From the human T2T-CHM13v2.0 reference genome, Homo sapiens, in assembly GCF_009914755.1 (NCBI RefSeq), contig NC_060927.1: 64,000 nucleotides of DNA. One strand, written 5' to 3'. A model generated the notes under the pieces. The model did no database searches and was not told the DNA's origin. It saw only the letters and a list, made by a program, of their open reading frames with translations. Within the stretch, counting starts at the first letter, position 1. Each line of letters opens with the position of its first letter. Both the position numbers and the translations under genes were made by a program. Positions 16,882-33,417 of this stretch are shown one piece after another.

Positions 16882-18133
16882 CTGCAGGACATAGGAATGA
16901 ACCATTGCATAAAACCATGCACAAACGTATCTTAAATCGCAAAGGATTCAGATGAAATGTGACTCACTTTTGTATATTCCAGACTAAAAGCAGAGAAATC
17001 AAAGTACAAAAACATAACTCCCACTCCCAACCACTGAAAAGGGCAAATAGGTCAGGGGATAGTGGGACTGGGGGAAGGTCTAGAGTAATCAATCTAATGT
17101 TAAATATTTTCTTGGCATTAAATTCTGTTAATAACAGTGTAGCAAATGGGGACAGGGCTATATATGGAGGAAAAAGCTATATAAATTATAATATTTAAAA
17201 TCATACAACTTTTAATATTTTATAAATCACTTAAAATTTTTTTAGCACAATGCTTCACCTAGAACTAGTAAAATATACAGTAAATTAATAAGAGGTGGCA
17301 AATTTTAATGATTCATGCAAAAGTTTTTTAAAAATATAATAAATGAATATGAACAAAGTTTTCTTTCAATGACTTGGTTACTGGCCACAATTAACTTGAG
17401 AGAAAGGGAGTAAAGGGAGGGAAGTTAAACATTTTGAACAGAATGTCAAATGAGATATTCTATCCTGAGGATACCATTTAAATGATGAGAAAAGCACTTG
17501 CTCCAAATGTTACTATAATCCTTATAAGAAAAGTGAAACAGGTCAAATTTTAAATGGAAAATACTGTTTCCCTGTGTCTGACCTTGTTATATAAGGTCTA
17601 TTCTGAATGCTCGATTTATGTCCGAAATAACTGCACAGGGCCCTAAATACAATTCTGCAATTACAAGCAGGATCAATTATTAAAGGCTGATTATACACAT
17701 TTTTGGTATTATATTTTCCCTGCCTCCTTCATTGCCTCTCCAGTAGGTTTGACTGTCTTTTACTTATCGATTCATTCAATACACATTTATGAAGGACCTA
17801 TTTAGGAGGCAGATGGTAGGATACAAAAATAACACTTCCTTCAAGAAGGTCATTCTCTCAAGGAAGAAAAAACAAGCAACAAGTAGTATGACAAAAGAAA
17901 GCTAAGTCTAAGGCTGGAAGGCCTTGTCCTCTCATATCCTTTTGTCCCATTAGAATGCAGTAGCTAAAGGCAAGAGTTTATCTTATTCAACTTTCCACCC
18001 TGGCATTTATGTCTGGTACATAGTAAGAGCTGGTAAGAGCTCAATTAATACTGTCACCTTCAAACCAATGGCCATGCTGGCCTAGGTGCTCTCCTTCTCT
18101 GCCGCTGTTGCAAGCCTCTCTATCCTCCCCTAA

Positions 18134-18462
<329 letters not shown>

Positions 18463-18477
18463 GACAAATTTTTTTTT

Positions 18478-18577
18478 AAGGCTAGTCAAGTGAAGCAATG
18501 AAGGTGGAGAAGGAACAAATAAATCTGTAACCGCTTGTGATCAATTACTTGTAAACATTACTGCACTCAGACTAGCC
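18478..18577 (-). ncRNA. Y RNA (hY3/RNY3-derived) retropseudogene
   Basis: Reverse complement GGCTAGTCTGAGTGCAGTAATGTTTACAAGTAATTGATCACAAGCGGTTACAGATTTATTTGTTCCTTCTCCACCTTCATTGCTTCACTTGACTAGCCTT matches hY3 over its full length; poly(A) 18469-18477; TSD ccctacc(g/t)acaat at 18173-18185 and 18577-18589. Confidence 0.92.
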
Positions 18578-18599
18578 CCTACCTACAATCTTAGTCACC

Positions 18600-19535
18600 G
18601 CCTGTCCTCTACCTCCCCTCCAGTGAAGAGGGGACCTCCAGTCCAGGCAAGCTCATCCATCTGAGTCCTGGACTCTCCTCTCACCCACGCAGGTATTTTG
18701 ATCTGTCAGTTACCCCTCTCTCCTTCCTCAACCTTCCTCCTCTCTCTACTGGTTCAACCCAACCAAAGAAAATAATAATCACTCTCACCTTTAAAAGAAA
18801 GCTAAAAACCTTTTCTTAAATTTCTCTCTCCCTACCAATTGCCCAACCAATTCCCAGTCTCTCGTATTCACTCCAGAGCAAGTTTCTCATATTTTCTCCC
18901 CTTGCAGTTTTGACTTGCTCACCTCATCCTCACTGTTGAACCACAGGGTTACTGAACTTCTGGCCTGCAATGCTTCCTCTGACTGTGATCAAAGTTATTT
19001 TTTAAGAATGCAAAGCAGATAGTATTGCTCTCCTATTTAATATCCCACAGTTGTCAGGGTAAAACTGAATTCCTTTCAGGCTAGCATACAAGATGCTTTG
19101 TGATTTGGCCCCTCACTACTTTTCCAGCCTTCTCTCTTACACGCTACTATTCTTCACTTCTCATGCCACCCTCTGGCAACTTTGCTATACAGGTAGCTTT
19201 CTGGGTTGTCTGAATGCATCTCTTTGAGGAAGCCTTCCCCCTTCAATTACTTTCCTTGGTTAATTTTTATTTTTCCTTCAAACTTTAGCTCAGAGTTTGT
19301 CTTTTCTGAAAAGCCTTTTGTTACCTCTTCTCCTAGTCCAATTTAAATGATGCTTTCTTGAATTACCTTAACAGCCCCATTCTTGCTACTACCATTGTAT
19401 AACACCACCTGGTTTTATTGGTTTGTATCAGTTTGTCTTCCCTATGAAAAAGGGAAATCCTGAAGGCCAGAACATATTTTGCCTCTTAAATCTCCAAGGC
19501 CAAGTGCTCAATAAATCTTGAATGAACAAATGTAT
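18600..19535 (+). mobile_element. L2 fragment
   Basis: Pyrimidine-rich L2 3' region ending gtgctcaataaatcttgaatgaac. Confidence 0.6.
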
Positions 19536-20134
19536 GCAATTTCTCTCACTATCCCCTGCCTCACAAACAGCAGGTTCAGCAAATAAAATATATATTTTTT
19601 AAAGTTCTCTTTTTCCAAGTAAAGGGGTTAATAAGGATGGAGACTTAATGAGTCAAATAAGCTTTTCATTATCTCAGGTATTTCTGTTACCCAAATATTA
19701 TTACACTTCTATTACTATGAAAAACTGAGAGATAACTATATTCAAGCAGCTGAATACCATCAAGGCTCAAAAGACTAATAATTCCCACAATCTAGTTCTT
19801 TGTACACTCACATATTTTCCATTTAAAACATGGCCAGTTGTTTCTGAGAGAATTACTTTTACATACATTACAAAGTGGGTTTTTTTTGGCATTTGTAAAT
19901 TAGCAGAAATTCCAACACCATTAAATTTACAGGAAAGAGGACAGAAAAAAGAACTATCTAATCTCCTTCCTTTCAAGCTCTGAAACACTTGAGTCACACT
20001 TTTGTACAGTACTTATTTTTTAAAAAGAAATCATATTCCTTCTTTCTACTAAGTCACATTAAAGGTTAAAAGTTCCAGTATATTACCAAGTCAAAAAACT
20101 GCTTTTAAAAAGAAAACCAAAAACTTCAGTTTAC

Positions 20135-20251
20135 CCGCAATTCACTTAATGAAGTGTCTGGATCTATTAAGCTGCTGGTGTCCCCACTTCCTCGTCTGGA
20201 TGAGTTTCCACTTAGAGGGGTTGTTGCTGAGGCAGAATTTCGAGATGAAGG
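20135..20251 (-). CDS. LRRFIP2: LRRFIP2 coding exon, 117 nt ([39 protein letters not shown])
   Basis: tctctttctag|CCT acceptor, CGG|gtaaac donor; family SRRGSGDTS motif. Confidence 0.96.
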
Positions 20252-20817
20252 CTAGAAAGAGAAATATGACCCTTCTAAGTCTCATTTCTTTAAAAATATG
20301 TTTGCTGTGGAAACTAAAAACAGGGCAGGGTGGTTGGGGGAAGATGTGGGTTTCAGATGAAGAAGTTACCATGTGTAATCAATGGTCAATTTAGATTGGC
20401 TTTGCAGGTATCCAGGTATACAGAGAAGGGCCCAAGCATACTAAGCAAAATTTCATGACACAAATACCTTATCAAAATCTATAATTCGTAATAACCAAAA
20501 AGAAAATCGTTTTTATGAGGGTTATTTTCTAAGTTTATCTTTGCTATCCTGTAAACAATACTGAAGTGAGCACATCAGATTAACTTAAAGCAGTTTTAGA
20601 ATTTTATAACTGATATGCTAATCAGCACTTCCCCTTTTTAATTTCTGAACTGCTTATCAATCTCTTCTTTCTCTAATACTCTGTTGAGTTGATAAAGGTG
20701 AAGATACTATTTGCAGCAGAGAGTAGCAACACTGGATATCACTATGAATGTAGACTGTTCTTCCCAAAATTCATTTAAACGTGAGATTATGCTATTGATT
20801 AATAAACTGCATGAATC

Positions 20818-21458
20818 TGTGCTGTCCAATATACTTGCGATTAGCCACATGCAGCTACTGAGCACTTGAAATGTGGTTAGTCCAAATTGAGAGTTGCATA
20901 TAGGATACATACCAGATTTTGAAGGCTTAGTGTAGAAAAAAGAATGAAATATATCTCATTAATAATTTTATATTTATTATTTTTATTATTTTTTTTGAGG
21001 TGGAGTCTCGCTGTTGCCCAGGCTGGAGTGCAGTGGCACAATCTTGGCTCACTGCAACCTCTACCTCCTGGGTTCAGGCAATTTTAATGCCTCAGCCTCC
21101 CAGACTGAGGAGTAGCTGGGACAACAGGCACGCAAAACCATGACTGGCTAATATTTTTTTTGCATTTTTAGCAGAGACAGGGTTTTACCGTGTTGGTCAG
21201 ACTGGTCTCGAACTCCTGACCTCAAGTGATCCACCTGCCTTGGCCTCCCAAAGTGTTGGGATTACAGGCATGAGCTACCTAGTCTGGCCTAGTAATTTTA
21301 TATTGGTTATATGTTGAAATAGTTTGGATATTTGGATTAAATAAAATATATCACCTAAATTAATTTTACCTGCTTTTTACTTTTTAAATGTGGCTACCAG
21401 AAAATTTAAACTTACATATAAGTTCGCATTTGTGGCTCACATTACATTTCTACTGGAC
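20818..21458. mobile_element. MER33-like hAT relic interrupted by an Alu
   Basis: Terminal gctgtccaat / tactggacag; internal actgagcacttgaaatgtgg. Confidence 0.7.
20975..21289 (-). mobile_element. Alu
   Basis: Reverse dimer; TSD taattttatatt. Confidence 0.93.
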
Positions 21459-21958
21459 AGAGTTAATTTATCTTTCTTGGGTATAGCATAAAATTAATCT
21501 TGATAAATCATCTCCCTGACTTTCTAATAATACTTTCAGAAGAAAGAGACTTTAACACAAAGCAAATTCTAGAAAGGAGTTATTTTACTTCAAGAAACAA
21601 TTTATATATATAAAAGGAAAAAATATCTCAGAGTTTGTCACCACCATTCCTAAAGAAACTTCATTTTCAGTGTTTACTGGCTTCTTCTCAGGATCAATTT
21701 CTAGAGGAATGAAAATCAAAAGAGCAGCCAAAAGCTAAAGAGGTGACATTCAAGGAAATAAAATGCAGTGCCTCTTCTCTTCCCAGGGCCTCACATGATT
21801 TAACTCCGAAGGAATTTTGGAGGGTCAAGGACAGGAAATAGATGAAGGGAGGAAGAGCAGCTACATCAGACCAATTGTTGTAAAATAAATAATGAACAAG
21901 TTACAGATAGCAAGTTTAATTGACCTTGAGAATTTCCCTTAGGAATTTACATACTCAC

Positions 21959-22003
21959 TCTTGTATAATTTTCAGCATACTGTTTGTCAGATTTTTCATC
22001 CAA
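21959..22003 (-). CDS. LRRFIP2: LRRFIP2 coding exon, 45 nt (LDEKSDKQYAENYTR)
   Basis: ttcttttctag|TTG acceptor, AGA|gtgagt donor. Confidence 0.95.
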
Positions 22004-22714
22004 CTAGAAAAGAACAAAGATAAAAATCAGTAAAGATGCTTAGCAAGTTGACTTTTTTTGGGAGGAAAAAAGTGATCTTGAGTTTTCCAAGTTCAATGAT
22101 GTTTGAAGCCTAAAAATAAACATATTAAAAATGAAATTAAAATTCCAGTTTAACATAAGATAAAATGTCAGCAACTTTAATTTTTATCCTAAGGGAGACA
22201 CTGAGTAAGCAATCTATGTTTACTCAAAAGTTTAGAACTTTTGGGTAAATTTTCTGTTTAAGGTATTTAAAACACATTAAAGAAGGCTACATATAAAGTT
22301 TTAGCACTGCAAATGTTAATACAAAAAAAGCTTGTACATATCAAAAAGAAAAGTCTGATAAAACCAAAAGCGAAAAACTTTTATTTCTAAACATTATTAG
22401 GACACAGGACACACAGATAAAGACTAGTACACTCAGCCAAAAAAGTTCAGATTAGATTAAAGCATGTTAAATATGTCACCAAAATATTTTCCCCCACATC
22501 AAGGATTTTTTGTTTTCTCAGTAATACATGCACATGACCAAAAAAAAAAAAAAAATCAAACAGCACAAAAGAGTATGAGTAGGGCTCTCTCCCTACCATG
22601 CCATACCCTGACCACCAGTCTCTAATAGCAACCAACCACAAAGTCTTTAAAAAAATTCTAGTAAGTGTCCCATATATGTTCTACATCTTCTTTTTCCCCT
22701 TACCAAGTCTCAGA

Positions 22715-22910
22715 GATTTGAGAAATTACTTCATCTTTCTTCATAGCATTTATCACTCCCTGACACTACGGTATTTATCCATTTATTTATTGTCTGCTCT
22801 CTTTCTATAATGTAAGCTCTATATCAGTATGTTCTTTTCTGTACTCCTAGTATCAAGAATAGTGTCTGGCATAGAGAAGGGCTCAAAATTTGTTGGATGA
22901 ATGAATAAAT
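22715..22910 (+). mobile_element. L2 3' end
   Basis: tgtaagctc...agtgtctggcatagag...tttgttggatgaatgaat. Confidence 0.65.
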
Positions 22911-23621
22911 CATACCCCATCTATACTAATAGACTTCCCTCATTTATTTTAAACAGCTTCATAGTAGCCTGTTATCTCAACTTGCCACAATTAAATTAAC
23001 CTATCTTCTGTAGATAGGCCTTAAGGTTGTTTCAGACAGTATTTCAAGAAGGGAGGTACCTTAAAAGTCTAGTCCAAACCCTGAGTTTTATAGCTAAGGA
23101 AAAAGAAATTCAGAGGTGACAGATTTTGCTGAAGGTTGCAGAGCTGAATCCAACCCTTAGTTTTGTAAATTTTCAATTCAGTGTTCATATTGTTTACCTG
23201 AATATATATGTTATTCCAATTATCACCAGGAGAAAAAAGGCACATAGGGATGTAACTAAATGAAAATAACTCCAACTCCTACACAAACCTTCTAGACCCA
23301 ATCTAGAGAAGAGATCTGAAAACCTTCTCAGTTAATTATTAAAACATGAAACATCATTTCTGGCTCTACTCAGAACACTTCATCCTAACTTCCACATATC
23401 TGAAAGTTTTTAGTGTTCTTTTTATTACCCACACTTATGTTTATAAATATTCTTTATTATGATGATAGTATTACATCAGTAATATAAACACTATTTTTAG
23501 ACATTTAACTCTTTGTTACTTCTTGCTGTAAAAACTCTGAAAAAGAAACTAATTTTAGTTCATTTTAATTTTTAAAACAACATATAAATGTTTCAAAGCA
23601 GGTAATGACAGCGATTGAAAT

Positions 23622-23705
23622 GTTTTTTTTTTTACTATACTTTAAGTTCTAGGGTACATGTGTACAACGTGCAGGTTTGTTACATATGTATACATGTGCC
23701 ATGCT
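23622..23705 (-). mobile_element. L1PA extreme 3' end (about 80 nt)
   Basis: poly-T then tatactttaagttctagggtacatgtgtacaacgtgcaggtttgttac. Confidence 0.85.
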
Positions 23706-23722
23706 GCTTTTTTTAACTTTAA

Positions 23723-24048
<326 letters not shown>

Positions 24049-25441
24049 TAAATACTATATTGCCAATTATTGCCATAAAAAGGAATAATCCTTTTACACA
24101 TCTATACTGCATTGCCCAATATTTAATGTATTATTCTTCAAGATGAAAGAAATATTATATTTGAATAAACTGCCTTATCTTCCTGAGTATTTTCCAACTC
24201 TTTTCTGCTAATGTGTTAAAGAGAAAAGCACACAGCATTCAAAATTAAAAGTCTTCTAAGCTTATTTGAAATCCTTCCTCATACCCACTTCTCACAAAAA
24301 TGACCTCCAAAATCATCCAGTTTTTAATAGACTGTCCATGGAATAATCTTATATTTCAGAGGTTGCATCACTGAACTAATCCATCACAATGTTGACTCTA
24401 TTGCTTTCACCATCTTCTGAGAGATCCCAATTGTCGCAACCCAAACTGATCATGCACCAAACCTCGGAGATTGTCAAGCCAGCAAAAATTACCCAAAGCA
24501 ACCATGCCATAGTTCTCTTATTTTGGCTACACTAACTTGGCAAGTTCTCACTTCTTAGACTTGTACTATCTTGTGTGCTATCTTCCATTTAGACAAAAAC
24601 CTAGCTGAAACTTGGTATTCTAAAAGCCCAATAGGATCCAACAGCCAAGAGTTCTACATGGCTGCAATGCAATAACAAGCTAATGTTCATAATGATGATC
24701 CAGAGTCTGCCAGATCCAGAAAAAAGCTTTTTAAACAGAATAAAATTTAATCATATTTAATATATTAAGCTGTAAAACTGTAGTTTAATAAAGTATTTAC
24801 AGTGTAGTTTCTTCAATGCAGTCATTGGATCTTGATCTTTTGTTAATTTCTAATTTATATATATACTAACTTGATAATGCTACTCAAAAATTGTTTGAAA
24901 AAATATCTGATTTCCACAACCACAGAAGGGAAGACATCAATCAATTTTAACAATTTCCTAAAGCAAAACTGGCTAAGGATTCCATTTAGAAATGGGTTTA
25001 ATTATTAACAATCAGCAAAATTTCAGTTTTGCTTAAAAAACATTTACATTTGTTTGCTTTATTGTAGCCTGACTTACAAAACAGAAATAAAGCCAATGTA
25101 GAAGAAAATAAGAGGCTAGAACCCCCAAAAATATTATATAGGCTTGCAGAAACATGACCTGGCACCCTTTCTCAGCACCTCCTAGCTCAGAAGTTATAAA
25201 CTATTAGCCTACAAACATATTTAGTACACAACGAGGTAACCAGAAAATGTCTTTTAAAATTCTGAATTCGTTGCCAGCATTTAAAAATCATAATATTTCA
25301 TGTTGAAATATTTCCAGGTCACCGTTTTTTGAAAGTGGGAGGGGAGGGAGGTCTATCAACATCAAGTCCCCTTTGTATTCCTCTACAAGATGAGTTGGAC
25401 TACAGCATACCCTTAAAAAGAAATACTACTAGAGAAAGTTA

Positions 25442-25855
<414 letters not shown>

Positions 25856-26418
25856 TTAGCCAGATTTGTAAATCCCTGTTCTAGAGAACTTTTTCCTTAT
25901 GTTAAAGAGTTACAGTTAACTAGTAGGGGCAGGGGGAGATTTTTTAAACTGTCAGCACTTTCACTTATATGTAAGTACTAAAGTAAATCATCACAAAATA
26001 AATATAAGGAAGACATAACTATTAATTCAGATATTATAAATTAAGAGGCTGACAGAATTCAGTTTTTAAGAGAACAGATGTAAACAGTAAGTTTAATTGT
26101 CCATACTTATGGGGGAAAAACGGGGATTGCTAGGCAATTTAATATAAAGGGCAATATTTCAGGGGAATGACTTGGAAACCAGTCTTCTAACTTTGTATGC
26201 AGAGAGAGTTATTGATTAGACCCACACCAAGATGATACTGTTGCATAGCCAGATTTGAGAACCAATGATCTGGAATGCTTAAGAACCACACATAAAATTA
26301 TCTTCTAGAATTAAAACAGTTCAGAAATAGTTATTTAAATACGATCAGTGAAATGCTAATTATAAATAATTATTTCTTCATTTAAAACTACTGTCTAACG
26401 TTTCTATTAAGAAATGTT

Positions 26419-27053
26419 GGCTGGGCGCGGTGGCTCATGTATGTAATCTCAGCACTTTGGGAGGCTGAGGTGGGTGGACCATGAGGTCAGGAGTTCAAGA
26501 CCAACCTGGCCAAGATGGTGAAACCCCGTCTCTACTAAAAATAAAAAAAATTAGCCAGGCGTGGTGGCAGACGCCTGTAATCCCAGCTACTCGGGAGGCT
26601 GAGGCAGGAGAATCACTTGAACTCGGAGGGTGGGGGTTGCAGTAAGCCAAGATCGTGCCACTGCATGCCAGCCTAGGTGACAGAGTGAGACTCCGTCTCA
26701 AAAAAAAAAAAAAGAAAGAAATGTTGGCCAGAAGTGATGGCTCATGCCTGTAATCCCAACACTTTGGGAGGCTGAGGCAGGTAGATTGATTGAGGTCAGG
26801 AATTCGAGACCAGCCTGGACAAGACAGCAAAACCCTAGCTCTACAAAAAATACAAAAATTAGCTGGGCGTGATGACACACGCTTGTAGTCCCAGCTACTT
26901 GGGAGGTTGAGGTGGGAGGATCACTTGAGCCCAGGAGGTTGAAGTTGCAGTGAGCTGTGATCGCACTGCTGCACTCCGACCTGGACGATAGGTCTCAACC
27001 CTGTCACCAAGAAAAAAAAAAAAAAGAAGAAGAAGAAGAAGAAAGAAAGAAAA
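26419..27053 (+). mobile_element. Two tandem Alus (S-like 26419-26712; J-like 26726-27053)
   Basis: Two dimers; TSD aagaaatgtt. Confidence 0.95.
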
Positions 27054-27789
27054 ATGCCACCTCTCACCCCCTCCAAAGTGCTTGACAATCAGTACAATCA
27101 GTATAGCCTTGGTCCATGGGCAAAACAACACTAATGCCAGCAAGAGAGGAGAAGCGTCAGAGAGATAATCAGGCTGTTATTTTGAGATGAGCAGGTAGAT
27201 CCTAAGTTGTTGGCTGGAGTTCATTCATTAAGACAAATGCCCCAAGGACAATCCTTTCCTAAATTCAGTTCCTGATGAATGTGGGAGCAATGGATAGGCA
27301 CACTTCTTCAGAACAATGCCATAATCCAAATATTTAAAATATATTCAGATTGTTCCTGGTTAGTACAAATTAGTGACACTTTACTAAGTGCTATATTTCA
27401 TTATTCAACTTTCTAAGTCTACCTATCACTTTATAGATTCACTAAAATCAAAAAGGAAAATACTTTTTTTAACCAATAAGGAATGTCTGAATAAGGGCTA
27501 GGTATTAGATGATACTAAGGAATTACTTATTTCATTAGTGATGATAATGATATAAGAGATCTGAAAAAATGTTCAGTTACAGATACATATTGAACTATTT
27601 ATTGGGAAATGACATGACATGGGATTTGCTTTAGAATAACTCAGGGAAAAAAAGGAGGGAAGGGGGAAGAAATCAATGAAACAAAATTGGCAAAATATTG
27701 ATAATTGTTGCAGATGCTGATGGGTTCTATGCGGAGATTTTTCCACAGAGGGGGAAAAAGTTTTTTTTTAAAAAAGAACATATTAATAA

Positions 27790-28197
<408 letters not shown>

Positions 28198-28267
28198 TAG
28201 CTAACATATTAGCTGTTAGTCACAAGCCTGGGACAACATAACCAACCACCCCATGCAATACACTCAC

Positions 28268-28357
28268 GCTGGACAAATCTGGGATACTGATATCATCCAC
28301 CTCAGAGACAACACTTCCCCTACGATTGGAGCGACTGAAATAATCAGCGGCAGATAC
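28268..28357 (-). CDS. LRRFIP2: LRRFIP2 coding exon, 90 nt (VSAADYFSRSNRRGSVVSEVDDISIPDLSS)
   Basis: ttttctgaccgaaag|GTA (AAG-type) acceptor, AGC|gtgagt donor. Confidence 0.93.
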
Positions 28358-28879
28358 CTTTCGGTCAGAAAAAAAACAAGATGCTTTCAAGGTTAAGAAA
28401 AAAGAAAGAAAAAAATAAGAACATTGGCCAATTAGGGAAAAGTTTTTTAAAATTTTGATGGGTGATAAAGTACCAAGAAATAAAATGAGGAAACTGCTGC
28501 AATTAACCTACTCAAAAAAATAAAAAAGAAAAGGGGTTCCTAAATGAAATCACAGCTCTACAATCAGCTTTTTTACTCATCTTAACTAGAGTCCTATGCT
28601 ACAGAGAACATTTACTTCCTGAGGACCAGCAAATCTCTCATGTTTAAGATATTTATCACCCTGAACAGAGGCATTTCTAGGTCAGTATATACCTCTACTA
28701 TAATTCTCAAAATTTATAATTCATTATAGCTATCAACTCTGTTAAGAATATATATGCTGAATGCAGAATTATTTGCAGGGTGTTTACTGCACCTTTTCTC
28801 AGTTTACACAGTTCCCCTTTTTTTATATTCCCAAAGACCAGGAAATGTAAGACAAAATAATGAAGGAAATAAACTATAC

Positions 28880-29280
28880 CGGCCTCTTTTTAGTTCCCCA
28901 AACACACCAGTTCTCCCTCACCTTAGGCCTTGGCACTGGCCTAGAACGCTCCCCTCCCAGCTCTTCAAGCAACTGGCTCCTCACATTTCAGGTCTCAGCT
29001 CAAAGGTCAGTTTCTCAGAGAAGCATCTCTAATCACCCCATCCAAAGGGTAACCCACACACATAGACCCCTCCAGGTTCCCTATCACATTATCTGTTCTC
29101 TTCACAGTCCCTGACATTTCTTTCTTTTTGTTTCTTTACTAGCTTATTTTCCATCTCTTTCACGAGGATATAAATTCCATAAAGTCAGAAATCTAGTCTG
29201 ACTGGCTTAAAATAGTATTCCTAGCACTTAACACAGGGCTTTGAATACAACAGGTACTCCACAAACATTTATTTAATTTT
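28880..29280 (+). mobile_element. L2 3' end
   Basis: ggtctcagctcaaaggtca...cctagcacttaacacagggc...aaacatttattt. Confidence 0.6.
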
Positions 29281-30185
29281 AAAATAAGTGATTTTTTTTT
29301 AACCTCATTCATCATCTATTCCTTACTTCAGCTGACTGTTTGCCTTGCTTTAAAATACTTCTCAAGGAAGGGAATTCAGAAGCCCATCCACAGAGATAAA
29401 ACAGGCTTACAAGTATGAAGTTTTGCTAAGGACTGATAAAATCAAGCAATGGTATTTTTATTCACAATAATAATAATAATGATTGCATTTATAGATATTA
29501 ATATTTATTGGCACCTATTTGAGAATTTTGATAGGCATTTTCTATATAGTATTCCATTTAATCCATATATTAAACCTACCTACAAAGATAGTATTAACAT
29601 CCCCAATGTACAAATAAAGACACTGCCATTTACACACTAACAGGTAGTAGAAGTGGATACAAGCCCAAGCATCATTATTTAAAGTCCCTGCCCTTTCCAC
29701 TCCACTGCGTTCCAAGGTGTTTTTAGGTGTTGTGGCATATTATTTCTCCTTCAGTTGTGAGCGTGAGCATTAGTTGCTTTGCTAAGGAACTAAAACGGCT
29801 TTAATTAAATAAATGAATGTATGGTAACAAATCTCTCCAACATTTAATGTTCCCCTTCTCTATGAAAACTCGGGTTTATAATCTTTCACATAACTCATGT
29901 TAAATGGCCTATTTTTCTTAAAGGAATTACAGCCTCTTATGCTCTTTATTCTAGCTCTAAGCTGACATACCATCCGGAACAATGTATTTTCCAAATCAAT
30001 TTCTTAAATATAACAAAAATGTCATCAGTTTTCTGTAAAATTTAAAGCTTCATTAAAGAATAACCTGAAATTATATTATTTGTATTCTAACATAGCTATT
30101 TGTTGCCTCTACAATTATTATCCAATTGAATGTCTAAGACTAGAATTTTTAAATTTTGTCATTAGCAATTCTTAAGTTCACAAGT

Positions 30186-30358
<173 letters not shown>

Positions 30359-30798
30359 GTCTTAACAGGTGGATAAACACTGGTTAAATCTAAATACAAC
30401 AATATAGAAAGCAATTAATGGTAACATGATTTGTAATCCATAGTTATGAGTTTTATACAATATGGAAACATTAATTTTGCTGAAGAAATTTGTCTTTGGT
30501 GAACTGCACACACATGTATGTGCATAAAACAGCAACAAAGAAGAAAAAGTAAAAACTTTTCAAATAATGATTCACTCCTAAGAGATGTAAAAAGGCAAAT
30601 TATTAATGAAAGCTTGCACAGCCCACAGAGAATATGTGTTCTCAACATGTTTTATAAGGCAAAATATTTATATAACTAAATTTGAGGAAAATGCTCTTTT
30701 TGTCAAATGCAAACTTCACTTTCCAACAGACTTCATGTGATCATGCATTGCTGTCATTTAAAACTCATCTTATTTCTTTGCATGCAAATCATGCTCAC

Positions 30799-30867
30799 CA
30801 CACTCTCCCTTCGTCCACGACTGGCACGATCAGAAGACACAATGCTTGCAGTGTCATCGTTGGTAAA
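30799..30867 (-). CDS. LRRFIP2: LRRFIP2 coding exon, 69 nt (FTNDDTASIVSSDRASRGRRESV)
   Basis: ctatag|TTT acceptor, GTG|gtgagc donor. Confidence 0.93.
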
Positions 30868-31116
30868 CTATAGATATTAAATGCAGATAATGAAAAAGAT
30901 GCAATTTTGCTATGGTGTTACCTCATTATAAGTACATTAAGGAAGGTTTTGAGATGCATATGAATAACTATATAAGCAGCATAATTGGTATAATATAGTG
31001 GGCACCTTATATATTAATAAAAAAGCTGGTACAAGGCATAATAAACTGTTATTAAAAATCAGGAGACATTTCCAAAAAGCACAAATAAAGTAAAACCTTA
31101 TATTTTATTTAAGTTA

Positions 31117-31455
<339 letters not shown>

Positions 31456-31869
31456 CTAGGGATTTCATACTTTTTAAACCTCTGGGCCCTTTGGGATCCC
31501 ATCAGGGGTCAACAAATATACTTAATGTTTTTGTTTGAGAGAGAAAATAAAAGAATATTTTAAAGCAAAACAATGTAAGTCAATGACAGAAATTCCTACA
31601 ACAAGGACAACGAAGTGATGGTTCTTATTTCCTTTATTCATTCCTATGCAGCTAGTGGAGATGTTGCTAACATCACCCTACATGGCTCTGTCATCTTCTT
31701 GCTTTACCAGCCAAAGACTCATCTTCGATATGTGTAGTTTATCTCCATTCTAACATCACTAAGAAACCATTCTGGCATCACTAAAATAGTTATTCTAACC
31801 CCAACCTGCAAATGAAATACGATCTAGCCAGCCTATAAGGACAAGATCCTACATTTGACTGAAAATATA

Positions 31870-32116
31870 AGCTGGGTACAGTAATACACACCTGCAGTCC
31901 CAGCTACTCAGGAGGCTGAGGCAGGAGGATTACTTGAGCCCAAGAGTTCAAATCTAGCAGGGGCCACATAGAAAGCTACCCTCTCTAAATAAAAATTAAA
32001 ATTAGGCCAGGCACAGTGGTTCACGCCTGTAATCCCAGCACTTTGGGAGGCCGAGGTGGGTGGACCACCTGAGGTCACAAGTTTGAGGTGGGTGGACCAC
32101 CTGAGGTCACAAGTTT
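31870..32116 (+). mobile_element. Alu monomer plus truncated Alu with internal tandem duplication
   Basis: Alu consensus; duplicated 32-mer at 32053-32116. Confidence 0.88.
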
Positions 32117-32250
32117 CATGATTCACAATTTACCTTGCAGATTTACCCATGTAAGTACACAAAAATATACTTGGATAAGAATGGTCATTGTATAAGTGTC
32201 TATAGTAGCAAAAATATGACAATCTAATGTCCATCACAGGGAAATGACTA

Positions 32251-32543
<293 letters not shown>

Positions 32544-33417
32544 ACAGGAAATGACTTTTAAAATGTATACTTACGCACTAACAGAATATATTGCCATTAA
32601 AAAGAATGTGCTAATATGAAACTACCTCTAAGAGACATGAAGTGGAAAAACTAAGGGACACAGCTTACTTGTTTAAAATTTTTATCAAAAAAAGAAAGAA
32701 TGAAATAAATTTATAGGTGCTGATACAGAAAGCTACTTTAAATAAAGAAAATATATTGAGGAGCAGTATGTAATATGACCCATTTGCACTCAAAATAAAG
32801 AGCACTCATACGTGCATAAAATATCTCTGAAAGGTTATTGAAGAACAGAGATTACATTTGGGGAAGGAAAATGGGGAATTTTACTTTGAATTTTCCTTAA
32901 CTAATATTATTTTTATAAACTTTTAAAAATACTCTAGAAAGATTAGGTAATTATAATTGTCCCAGTTTTGTCTTTCGTATAACAATTTTTTTTAATCAGC
33001 TTGTTTTATTTCTTCTCCTTTCACTGCACTGATAGAAGCGCTGGCAAGCAGGTGAAATGGCTCAATGTGCAGAATGTAAAGATAGAAAGGAGAAACACAG
33101 GATAGTCAACCTATACAATGAATTATCACCACTGAAAGACAAGAAGTTCTACACAAATGAAAATTAAATATAAAAACTTTAAAAATTCTAATGGCACTGG
33201 TTAGAGACTCATTTAAGAAATTACATGCTAAGTCACATTTATAGAGAAATCACCAATTATTAGGACAAATTAGTGCTTGAGTTTATGTACTAAGGGAACA
33301 CCTAATCCATGCACAACAAAGTGAATCACACCATATCCTCAATATTCTAAACAGTGAGTACAGATTAACGCAACAATCAAAAATTTCTACAAAGCATGCA
33401 GAGACTAGACAGCTCAC

